The notes under the pieces: generated by a model | The model's input: only the letters and a program-made list of their open reading frames with translations | The model's database searches: none | Told to the model about the DNA's origin: nothing | Source of the DNA: Ramazzottius varieornatus | Taxonomy: Eukaryota; Animalia; Tardigrada | Assembly (NCBI GenBank): GCA_001949185.1 | Contig: BDGG01000002.1 | Location: forward strand, 5,694,448 to 5,758,447 | Direction of reading: 5' to 3' | DNA: 64,000 bases | Shown here: one piece after another, positions 28,797 through 40,639 of the stretch | Position numbering within the stretch: position 1 is the stretch's first letter | Layout: every line of letters begins with the position of its first letter | Translations under genes and position numbers: made by a program

Positions 28797-29012
28797 GGAC
28801 TGACCTGTGCTCCAAAACGAAGAACAGATTTGTTCATTCGTTTTCGCTTACCGGTTTGGACTGAAGCTAACGCAGAGTTTTTGAAGTTCTATAGAGAATG
28901 TTTATTAATGGAAAATGAATGTATCTCTAGAAAGTTTTGGAAACGACACATTGAAAATTGAAGTTTGGTAGTCGTGCCGCTTGTTTTCGCGACTCACCCC
29001 AAAGTAAAGTTG

Positions 29013-30001
29013 CTAGCCATTATGTAAGTGACCATGAGCGTGTCCGTCAGCTACCGCGTGGGTGACGCGCTTGTACTTGATCCTAAGATGCTCCTGAAGT
29101 TTTGTCTCGGTGGTCTCCAGCTCCAGAACGTGCTCGAGCTCCTCCGCTTCAGGGTTGAAGGTGAAGACTCGGCGAGTCTAAAAAATTATCTATGTTAGCA
29201 CAACGATAAGCAAGACGGCAATGGAATTACGTTACTTTTACTGCAGGTGGTTCTGCTGCGAAAGGCATTCGACCGATGGTGCTGGTCGTCACGATAAGTT
29301 TGTTAGGGGAAACGGATCCTGTCAGTACTTCGGCAACTCCTAACATGAACCAGAAAAGGCATGGGGCAACGCGCGACATGTTTATCAAAAGTACGTAGTT
29401 CGGCTTACCAAAGCTGTGAGCAATGATGAGAGCAACCTCGTACTCCTTCGCGAAACTATCGCCTTCTCCGCTGGCAGGTTGCTGCTTGTTATTTATACGC
29501 AGGAAACCAACTTCACGATGCATCAGAGCAGAGCGGCCTTTGACGGGGTTCCATGATTCCGCCTTGTAGTCCAGCATCTTCTGCCCCGAGAAAACAAACT
29601 CGATCTCCTCGGCGTACTTCGACGTCTTGATGGTCGGATACTGCAGTATCCCTGGCTCATGGACACTCCATTTCCCTACAGCAATACACATTCATGTACG
29701 TTCATCATAAGTTGGTGACTGCTTCCGATGTCGCAGTCAGATAGAGGGCAGTCAAGCCAAACTGACCTGCAATCCATGAAAGTGGCTCCAGTTCCTTCGG
29801 TAAGTAGTGTGGATGAACCGGAGCATGCTTAATTGGAGCTTCGGGTTCCGTCGCCGTTCCATCTGCATGTCCATAAAGCAGGCTATGTCGACGAGCCGTC
29901 TTCTCTTCCGGTTTCAGGTGAGGAGTGGCCATAGCATCTGCCGACATTCCGTTAGCATGTCCATTTGAGCCATGTTGTCTACTAGTCCCATTGTGATCCA
30001 T
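29013..30001 (-). CDS. Nitrobindin (THAP4-like heme-binding beta-barrel, peroxynitrite isomerase family), no THAP domain
   Basis: LEPLSWIAG|KW, YPTIK...YAEEIEF, MHREVGFLRI, VALIIAHSFG, IGRMPFA, LQEHLRIKYKRV (includes the conserved heme-ligand His position). Confidence 0.88.
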
Positions 30002-33000
30002 CCCGGTGTCAAAGTCAGTCCGCGCTCCGCAGAAAGACGCAGATCGAGCGCCCAAACACTGAGCTCTTTCCCAAAGATAATAAATGAGCAATGGGCAGAG
30101 TAGATCAGTAAGGCGGGGCCAGTCTAAGTAATATGGAGCGGCAACGGAGTAAAAATTGCTTTAATCGGCCAATCAAGTTTGCCAAAGTTAGAAATTTAGT
30201 GCATTCATTGGTCGTTTACGGATATTCTTTGGTGTCATGCCCCGCTTCATATGATGTCATCTGGCCACGCCTTACTGATCCACTCTGCCCACAGCTCAAA
30301 TCTGAAGTAGTACTCTTGAGCGTCCGGGATCCAAGTCTTTGTTTTAGTTTTCTTGTCAAATTTTAGCAGCTGTGGTCCCCAAGGGGCATTTCGCACAACC
30401 AAGGGATCAGTTGTCAAAGTGACCGTCAGACCGGGTGCGGAAGTAGTGCGGTTGATCACAGTAACTGTCCGAAGTTTTCAACCTCGCCCCGGGTTTGTTT
30501 TCTTTTTGAAGGGCTCATGGACAGAGTTTAGAATCCGGCCAGTGGCAGCTCTTCTTTCGTGTTCATGAATCAGGATCCTTTACGATCTCTTCATTCGTTT
30601 GTCTATACTGCTTGCTCTTCTTCGTACAACAGGTTTTGCAACGTGGTCTTAATCCGTGCATACGGGGAAGACGCATCGGAGACGTTGGAGATCTGCATTC
30701 AGGTCGGTGAACCAGCAGACAGGTGCTTGTTCGTAGGTTGGTTGACTCTTTATGACGATAGTTCCATCTCACCATCTTACCTTCTGATTGATTTTGCAAA
30801 TGAAACTGACATGTTGCTGACAAGCGATGTTGACCTAAATCGTTGTAGAGCTGTGAAAGGAACAAAGTGCCGAAGTTGGCCTGGAGGTGATTAGTTGGAG
30901 CGTTACCAACGGGTAGGTGAATTATGGTGGTGATTATGGTTGCTCTAACATGGCTTGACGATGCGGCGATTGTTAACGTGGAAAATCTGATTTTTGTTCG
31001 TTTGTACGTTTTAGAAGCGTATCGGCTGTCTCACCGTCGTTTCCGGAATGCCGGTGGCCACTTCTCCGTCGCCGCATGCAGAGAGCTTTCGCTCTGACAT
31101 TTCCACTCCAAATTCTGGCACTTTCCTTATGCATCATCATAATCACCGTCAATATCAACAAATCCACTTTAATCACTTGTCCGAAGATGTCAGTCAGAAC
31201 GTCAGTCAGCCGCAGTTTATGGGATCACAGCTGCCTGGTCCACGCTTCGTCTTGCTCAGGTATATACAACCTATATATTGTAAAGTTTATGTTTTATAGC
31301 TGCAGTTTGCACTTCGCACTGCACACCTTGCATGTATTTCGATCATTGTAAACGCGATGACAGTTTTATTGGCAGTTCGCAACACTGCTCTATGGCTAGA
31401 CATCGTGATGGCTGCTGGCTGCCCCTGCTGCAAAGAGGCTGTAGTAGACAGAAAGCGATCATCCTTGGCGGACCAAAAAATTACGCGAGCTATGGCAAAA
31501 CAGTCTTAGGCTTCGGTATATTATGTGTCGTTGGAGTTTCCCTCAGGTATCCTGAAAGGCGCCTCAAAAATTTATCTTCATGAGAACCAGGGATTACACG
31601 AGGAAGCTGGCACGTTCTGGTTTGGTGGAACTAAGGATACAGTATCACAATCAAGCGAGTAAGCGACATGTTGCTTTAGCTAGGATAAAGTTTCTCAGGT
31701 TGAATATTTGCGGTCCTGGTTTCTCATTTGGCAATGTCGCATTCTATTCGACCTACAGAATCTGGCTTCAAGATGATGATATCTTCCGTGGAGAGTTGCA
31801 AAATACTGAAGAATGATTTTCCACATAGCTCGTGTCTCCGGCCTTATAATATTGTAGTCAAGTTGACCTGCTCTTTCTTGGCTGGGAAGATGAGAAGTAT
31901 TTATGAGAAGGGCGAGGCAGACAGATATGCTTCACCGCTAGCAGCCGCAAGTGAGGTCAGCTCAGGCAGACACAATCACATCTTGCTCTACGTCTTTGCT
32001 GGTTGTTTGAATGAAAATTATCAAATTAGAAAGATAACAATGATGACTTCGCTCGAAGTGCCACAGTGAAACTTTGGTTCTTCGTCGGTTCGCCTTTTCT
32101 CAAAGCTGGGGTCCCTGCGCTTCTTGATGTGGGTGACTGGGTGGCCCGCGGAACGCCATCTGGATTGAGAATGCGGGAGTGACACTTCAGAGAGGCCTTC
32201 CTCACTTCCGCTATCCGCAATCCAAATCCGACTGTGTGGCGTAGAAGCGTCGATATAACCGCCCATATTTCGGGAATCGATGTATTTGAGCGCTGACTGC
32301 GCTCGAGTACGGCGCGCATACAGCGAAGGCACATGAATCCAAAGTTGCCATATGTTACGCTGGTAGAAAATGTTCTGCTGTCCCGTTGAGCTAGTCGCGC
32401 TTGCTTGTATAGGCTTGTGTCTGGTGCTGTTTATCCCCGGTTGAAGCTTCTGTTACAGATTGCGCTTGCGTCGTCTTCTCTTCCTCTCCTCTGCTGTGTG
32501 ATCTTCCCCACACTTGCTGCTCTGTACTATCATAACTTTTCGTGGCGTTGTTGACGTTCCCGAGCAGCGTCTACACAACATGTCATCTTGAGGATTAGCT
32601 ACTTTGTTTTTCTCGATCGTAGATCGCGACGCGCACGTCAGTTCTTGGAGACCGGTGAAGTGTGCCGCTTTGTTGACACGTACGGCTATTAATTCCACGG
32701 TGCTTACTTTTGCTTGGCGTCTGACAATCGCCAATCTCTCGTGTTGATTGTGCTGTATTATGTCATATTTTGACACGGGAACAACATGATCGAGATATCG
32801 TAAATCATTGCCTATCGAGTCGACGTTTTAGTACGCTTGAGCAAATACTCGACCTTTGGGTGTGGCCTTACACAAGAAATCTCTTTTTTCTATTTGGAAT
32901 TTTCCGGAAGCGCGGATATTTCGATATGACTGTTTTTGAGGATGTAGCTGAACTTACGGAATATTGCTCGACGAGGCTGAATGTGAAGGAAAAGTGGCGA

Positions 33001-33391
33001 GATGCGTCTGCGTTTGTCCGCTCGCGATCGGGTCGACAGTAGTCTTTCTCACAATCAGTCCCCTTTCAGCTCCACGATAAGCTTAACTGGGTCGCACCTA
33101 GTAAGACATCAGAGCTGCGTTAATCATTTGGATAAAATTGCACGAGGCTGGGGTGGTGGAAGTGAAAGTGAAGGCAGGAGGACTGAGGAAGAGCAGAAGG
33201 ATTTGATGCCGTCGTTAGGGCAGCCGGATATTACATTGGAACGAGAGCAGCTCCTGTCCTGCCAGTACTTTGTTGGCAGTGAAACCGAGTCCTTTCCATC
33301 AGTAGCCTACTATCGGAAGACTACACCTGATCTGTCGCTTCCGTCAGATCCCCAACTCACCCAGGGATCAGGTAGCTCCCAGCCAGCTGAT

Positions 33392-36300
33392 ATGAATTCA
33401 TACCAGCAACAACAACATGACTATGGCGGCGCGTCGATGCAACCGCCAATGTTGCCGTATCAGTCGAGCTTACCTTCGCTTAGCGCCCTGACCAGTGGGT
33501 CCATGCAACCTCCCCCACTTCCGCCTGTTCCACAAAGCTTTCAACAACAGCAGCAGTTAGGAATGGCAGGCTACGCTCCACCACCATCACCGTATAACAT
33601 GGTAAGAATTCTATCTTTGACGTATCAGAATATTATCCAATTTCTTTTTTTATTGAGTTTCCGTTTTTCACTGTAGCCTTCGTCCTCGAGTCATGGCATG
33701 CCTATGCAGCAGCCGCAGTCTTTGTCTCCCGGTTATCAGCAGCACCAGCTCCAGCAGCCTCCGATGTTCTCGCAGCCACTTCATATTCCTCCCGGTGCTA
33801 ATCTTATTAGTCAAAACTCTACGTTTCCTAGAAGAGGACCGCCTGTTATGGCTCCTCCCGGTATGCAAACTCTTCCTGACGGATCGCAACTCCCCGGACC
33901 AAATCCTTTCTGCACACAACCCGAACTACGAATCCATGAAATGAATAAACGCTTACAACAACGACCGGAAGTACGCCAACAAGTAGAATCTATCCAAAAT
34001 ACATTTCTTTTTTTGTGTGACGTTTTTCTTTACGGAAAAGACGGATCTGTTCTTCGAAAATTTTTTTTTCTTCAATGGGAAATTTACTTTGTGTTTGTAC
34101 CGGTTTTTGTATTTCAGGAGAACGATAATTTGTGGTGGGATGCCTTCGCCACTGAATTTTTCGAAGATGAATCTCGGATTACCATTCGAATGAGCCCGGA
34201 AGGCGAGCAAGCTTCACCTGGACCAAGACCTCTGCAATACAGTAAGTACTAAGAACTAGCCTGCTTGTTTCCCCTTCAGGCTCAAGTAGTTGAAAAATCT
34301 CTACATTACCCCAGCTTTGATGGTGTAATTGGGTATTTGTACTAGTACATGTGTTGGAGGATAGTTCAAAGAGGCGAAGGATAGCGAAATGTGTTTGCAA
34401 GATTGTGGGTGCGCAGTGGGTTCGATCGTTGATGGGACAAAGCGCGGGAATAGCTAATCTGTATGCCAACCTGACGTCCTTGTCGGGATGTTTGTGTGTG
34501 TGACTAGGCTACAGCCTCGAACAGGGAAGAGAGAAAGAGGAACGGGAGAAGAAGCTCCTGGGAGCTCTCACTAGCAAGCTTCCTGTGACATCCGGTAGAC
34601 TTTTTACAAGCAAAAGCAAAGAAGAGGGAGGTTCGCTCGATAATTCTCGATCTGTGTCGAGATGGGATCGATAGTTTCTGTCTGTTTTGCTAGCGCACCC
34701 GAGAGTCAGCTTGTGGTTCAGGTTGTTATGTTTGCCGTGCGAGTGGTAAAGCAGAGCAGTCCACAGTATGCACTGCGTAGTATGGAGTTTGATATGCTCG
34801 TCGGCTGGTGCTGACGACATCCACTGGTGGGGAAATATTTTGTATTGGTGCCTAGGCAGATGCCGGCACAAAACGTAAACTGTGGATATTGCAAGGCGGC
34901 AGCCGCAGAGGCTAGAGCGGATTGAGTTCACGCACCACTGACAAAATTATCGATTTCGACTGGCTCGGTTTTCTCACCATTATAAGCTTTCACAGTGCGT
35001 CATGAGGCCACGCTGTCAGATACGAAGCAACAACGAAGCTTAGGATCACGCGTCGAAAAGAAAACTAGAAATAAATTATCAAAGATTATTGACAAACACA
35101 CTTGCGTCGGAATCAAAATAATGTCGACAAAATATTCGCCAAAATTACACTACGCGTATACGTTGAATGTTTCTTGTTTCGTTTGCGGCTGGAATAAAGT
35201 GGTTTATTTTAACAGGTATCGGACGAAACCTGATACCACGTTTCTTTCGAAGTTTCTTCGAAGGCGGCGTGGTGGAATTGCAGTTTCAACTGCAGCATCC
35301 TCGCGAGACCTTCATGAACGGTGTAATCATTCTCGACTGCGATAACGCAGTGCAGATGAGCACGCACATCAAACCCACCTTTGCTAAGGTCTGTGTCATG
35401 TGAACATGCATGGATCCGTCAAAGTTTTCCCCGAGATTCACAAACTGGGTTTTTTCTAGGTGTTCACCGAAGGCCGGCTAATCATCCAATTTAGCAGTGA
35501 CGAGATGATGCGGATACGCTCTTGGATGTTCATTACACGGCATCATCAGGAATTCATTCCGCGGCACTACTTGAACATGGCTCACGACCCAGTACAGTTC
35601 GAGCAGCACTCGAAGAACATCACCAACTCGGGGTTCCACATGGCCACGATCAGTTTTCTCAGAGTAAGATTTTGGAAAGTGCCTACGAGAGAAACAAAGA
35701 TTTGAAAGGAAATTTATCTTTGCAGTTGTGTGTCATACTGGAACCAATGCAGCAGCTCATGTCTCGCAATAAAGCCTTTCCGGCTATCCCGCCCAGGGAA
35801 TGCCTAACAGGAATCCTGTTTGATAAATGGAAAAGCACCGTCAGTGGGCAACCCGGTAAGCCAGGTTCTTTCTCTTTGCTTATGGCGTCCATAGATATTG
35901 CATGAGATATTGAATATGTTTTATCGGTTTTGCCTATGTGGTTCCCTTATTTCCTTTGGTTCTTTTTAAGTTCCCCCGGTCATGTCCAACGTTGCCCCTC
36001 AGGATCCCGGTGCGTGTTGAACGATATTCAGAGTTACCCTTGTTTTCCCTTTTCGCATCTTTTTTCGTTTTCCGGTATGGTTTTACGAATATACGAAGTT
36101 TCAATTCTGTTCCTGTTTTTGCAGAAGGAGCTCGTACAAACACTAAAAGACGGAAAAGGAAAGCTTCAACGGGTCGCGGTGGCGGCAGTGCTGGTGCCGT
36201 ATCTGCCAACGGACCAATACCTGGCGGTGGTAACACAGGTTCCTCCATTCCACTACCGGCCTCGAAAAAGGGAAAAGGAAATGGCGGAGGCTCGAACAGT

Positions 36301-36909
36301 TCCCTGTCCGCATCTGGCATGCCTTTAGCCACACAGGTAAGGTTGAATTCGCTAAGGCGTTTGGGAAGTATTCTCAAAATTCCGCAAGTTTTTTCCTGAT
36401 TTGGGAGCTGGGAAAACAACGCACCAGATCGTCATCTCGAGTGGCGCACTTTCTTATTGTTGTTGGACAGAAAGATGCGCCGCTCAAGATAACGATTTCT
36501 TAGGTTTTGCTTGCCCAGTTTCCATTTGTGATGTAGAAGTTTGAGTTTTTGGTTCTCGATTCGGACATGCTGATCTAACGATCTTGTTTTTCTGCAGGAC
36601 GTGATGATAGTGGGCGAGCCAACGTTGATGGGCGGCGACTTCGGTGATGAGGATGAGCGGCTCATTACACGGTTGGAGAACTCCAACTACGACCCGTCCT
36701 TGGCTGGACAAATGCAGACGCCTCTACAAGCCCTGCAACGCAGTGTCCCACCTGACGATCGGTCAGCTTCCGTCCAGCATGAAACCGTTCTCCATTACAC
36801 TTCGTCGCCCTCTAGAGGAGGCGGAAGTTGGCAGTCCCAAACACGCCCTAGCTCCGTCACCACATCAAACAACGGCAACGACAGTAAAAAGTCCTCACCA
36901 AATTCCTGA
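33392..36909 (+). CDS. LDB: LIM-domain-binding protein (LDB1/2, Chip)
   Basis: PELRIHEMNKRLQQR, DNLWWDAFATEFFED, IGRNLIPRFFRSFFEGGV, TEGRLI, LCVILEPMQQLMSR, NLS KRRKRK, LIM-interaction domain DVMIVGEPTLMGGDFGDEDERLITRLEN. Start codon uncertain (33206 also possible). Confidence 0.95.
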
Positions 36910-37648
36910 CAGTTTTCTAAAACTTTCTCGATGAGTTCAATGCAGTATTTTTAGCAGTAAGTCAAAACTTTGTACAGCACCGACACAGTGATGATGGTTA
37001 TTTTTGTTCTTGTTTCAATTCTGTTATCTTGTTATCTCACAAACAACGGTTGTTGTTTTAATTTATGTTTTGCATACTTCGGATCAACGAGCACATTTGT
37101 GCTCATTTCGAGAACTACCAGTTAAAAGGCGCAATTATCGTTATAGCAGACTCCTAAAAATGTAGGTGAAACTTAGCGGCAGGGTGATTAAGTCGAAAGG
37201 TTTTTGTTCGATGTTTTTATAATTAATCATGACAAAAGTAAACTATCTATAATTCAAGTGTTTCTCCTTGATGAGTTTCCAACTTTCCGTTCTCGTACAG
37301 ACGACAGATTATTTTACGCTAGTGCCTGCAAGTTCATCTCTAGTGGATACGTAATCGCCACTCCTGTCCTCTCACTACATGGCACATCAAAGATTTGAAA
37401 AATTGCTGCTGCGTCAGTTTTACCCTAACAAAGCGGACGCACTATTTCCTGCTTCACAAGTGCTTCTGTGAGATGGTTTCCATAATTTTCGAGGTGCGAG
37501 TAGGTTCTGTCTTTCATACTTTTCTCTCACGTCACGGTTTACGCTCGCCGATATCATTTCCGCCGAAGCTCCAAATAATCTTATCTCGTGTCTAGCAGAG
37601 TATAGCTCTGTAGAATACTGGGAGCTTCCCCTCTCGCGGTTTCACATC

Positions 37649-39296
37649 ATGGATGTTTTGGGCAGATTGTTGCTAATCCCGATCTTTTCCATGGTTCTCA
37701 TACGGTTGTCTAGAGGACAACAGCAGGGATATGGTTCCAGAGCCGGAGCCGCCAACGCTGTACAATCTCAACCTATCGTGAACGCAAATGGTTTTAATTC
37801 TTACTCTCAACCTAGACAGTCCGCAGGCGCAAGTCCGGGTGTCAATCAGAACAACTATGGATCTTCGCCCGACCAGCGCTACTCGAACACGCAAGGAGCT
37901 CAACGACCACCCGTATACCAGACTCCTGTCCAGACCCAGAACCGACAGGTCCCCGGGGTTCCTCCGAACACAGGAGCGTACAGTCCCCCAGCTAACGAAA
38001 TGCAACCTCAGCGACCCATTCAAACTCCACCCGGTTCCGGTTCTCCAGTGGTTGACTTTAGCAAGCCGAATGCCCGGTAAGCTGTGACTTCTATCAACAC
38101 CGGGAGTCACGATCTAGCGAAATAGAACTGTTCTTAACAATCAAGAAACTGCTTTTGTTTGACAGATGCGAATGTTACATAGCTACTCTAGCTTCGAACG
38201 ACACCATGGACTTGATGGATTTGCTGCTGCCATTTGGTACCAGCAGAGCCATTACCACCGAAAGAACGGATATCACATGCCGGGAGCTGAAGACCCAGTG
38301 CATACAGCACTGCAAGATCCAGCAAGAGTCGTGCTTGCCCGATGGTCTACGAACTATTGTGGCGAATACCAATCCTCCTGCATCATACGGGAGCTATGCA
38401 TGCACGAACCTGTAAGTGGTTTTACCGTAAGACGGCATTATATTAGTAATATGATCTCAGCGGATTTGATAGCCCGCCTATTTATCTGTAGACCGAATCG
38501 GGAGGAAGTAAGGCGACCAGCTGCGATATTCTACGCCCTAAACGCAATGTACTGTAAGGACGAAGGCTACATTGATTCGCTGGATGACCAGTACTGTTGT
38601 CTCAAGTAAGAGCTAATGGCGACTTCGCACCATAATGGGAACCCAAGGTCTAATTTGCGTTCTCTTCTCGATAGTTTTCGTCATCCGTTCGCCCAAAACG
38701 AAACAATACGTTTGTTCTCACCAGAATGCCGCGAGATTCTGTCGCCCGACTGCGGGAACGGTACCGACAGTCAAAACGCTACGTCCACAACGCCAGCAGG
38801 GAACTCTTCGGTTACATCTTCGACTCCAGCAAGCGAAATCGCAACGCCGGCAACACTGGCGTCGACCGCCAACACCACTTCCGGCCAAGCTGGTGGATCT
38901 GCGGCTACGCCCACCGTACCTTCTTCGGCATCCACCGCCTCCACTGGCACTCCAACAGCCAACAATACAGCACCTGCTGGGCCACAGCCTTCCTCGAACG
39001 TGTCTCTTACTGCCAACCTGCCTGGCGGTGGGACCATTAATATGGCCGTAAGCACGAACACTAGTAATCCACAGCCTACCAATACTCCTTCGACGACTCG
39101 GCCCTCGCAGGGCCCAGACGCGGCGACAACTTCTGCAGTAACCACCAGAAATCCTGTGACGACCACTGCGGCACCAGGAAGTGGGCTTGCATCGATCGTA
39201 TCGAACGACAACAGACCAGGAAGTCCTTTGAACGCGTCATCAATCGTAGTTACAAGCGCACCTGCGAGGGCTAGTTCGGCAGCTCCTTCGGGGTAG
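37649..39296 (+). CDS. Secreted protein: signal peptide, Gln/Pro-rich segment, Cys-rich (Fcp3C-like) domain, Thr/Ser-rich mucin-like tail
   Basis: MDVLGRLLLIPIFSMVLIRLSRG signal peptide. Spliced exons give CEC...C....QCIQHC...LPD...C...YC...QYCC. Last exon is low-complexity T/S/A/P. Confidence 0.7.
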
Positions 39297-40639
39297 GAAT
39301 AGGTCCTTCGGTTTTTTTCTTGAATCTGAAAGAGTATTACCATTGAAGAATGACCATTATTTTAGGCTTCTACTGTAGTTATCTTAAGTAGCAGTAAGTT
39401 TTCTGTCTCACGGTGAAGCTTTGTGTTTTTGACCGCGTTTTGGGGAGGACGAGCCGTCATTTTCCGAATAACGGTATACCTGTCAGTTCTGTGCGTGCTA
39501 GCGATTAATATTGTTTCCTTCCATTGGCTTGGTGGATATACTATGTAACAAGACAAACTTCGTGTGTTCATTGTTGACGATCGCTCTAAAGCAGCGATGG
39601 GCAGTCGAGTTTTGACTACTACCGGGCGTCGCTGGCGGATTCGCCTGCGGCGAGGAATGGCCATGGGGGATCAAGATGAATACACTTGATTAATCATACC
39701 AAGCCATCGATTATTGTTTCGGTCTTAATTACTGCACAGGAACCGGAACTAGTTACCACTGAATTTAGCAACGGCTGTAAAGATCCTGGCAAGGAACCAC
39801 CAAGACAGCAAGTGCTTTGAGCCACACTCATTCATGATTTCAATCAACCATGACATCGTACTCGAATAATTTTCCCATATGCGACGTCATCGTGGTAGGT
39901 TATCGCAAACCCGGTTATGCCATTTTGCGTGGGTTTGTAAGAAGGAACATTTCAGTCCTTCCGTCCGTTTCGTGGGGTCCATGAGTCGCACTGTTTCCGT
40001 TGGAGATAGATTGGAGATATTTTCCGTACCCCGTTTCGCGTAACTCCCGTTTGGCGTCTGTGTTTCTGCACGTATAATAACCGAATGTCAGCTTTTGAGT
40101 GATCCGGATGGAGCGAATAGCGTGACTTAGCGTCTATCCTGCAGGTCCACTGCATTATCGAGATCATTTGGATGCTTGTTATTCGTTTGATAGTTCTTGA
40201 GCCTTGATATGGATGAAGCTTCCTGTCTGCAGAGATGGCGTTTTAAAGAGGGACACAGAAGCAAATCCGTATGATGCATCGCTGGGTTCCTTTTAAAGAA
40301 GTGGAAGTAGGTTGATCTCTTTACATCGTTTAATAAATAGTTGTCTTGTTAATAAGTCGAGTTATGCAAAATATTGACATTGGCATTACGGTCTTCGTTC
40401 TTATTCGTGTTTATCTTTTCGTTGTAGGTGTATCTCGCAACACTTACGCGTTACGACATTTTGTCCCGGCACTTTGCAAAGGCCGGAGTTGATGCTTAGA
40501 AGCGAAGTTCGACTTTGCATGTAACCGGCAGTCCATTCTACCTGTTGATCGGTAGCAACATCCTGAGAAAGCAGGACACTGCTTATGAATCGAACCTTCG
40601 TCGGCGGAACCTTTCTGAAAGACTATGCTGAGTGATAGG

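Noticed and set aside
33002-33391. Long in-frame N-terminal extension of LDB
   Set aside because: A plausible acceptor at ~33279 suggests the upstream part is intron or UTR; cannot be supported without transcript data.
38771-39343. 190-aa minus-strand Val/Ala/Gly-rich ORF
   Set aside because: Antisense shadow of the Thr/Ser-rich exon of the plus-strand secreted protein.
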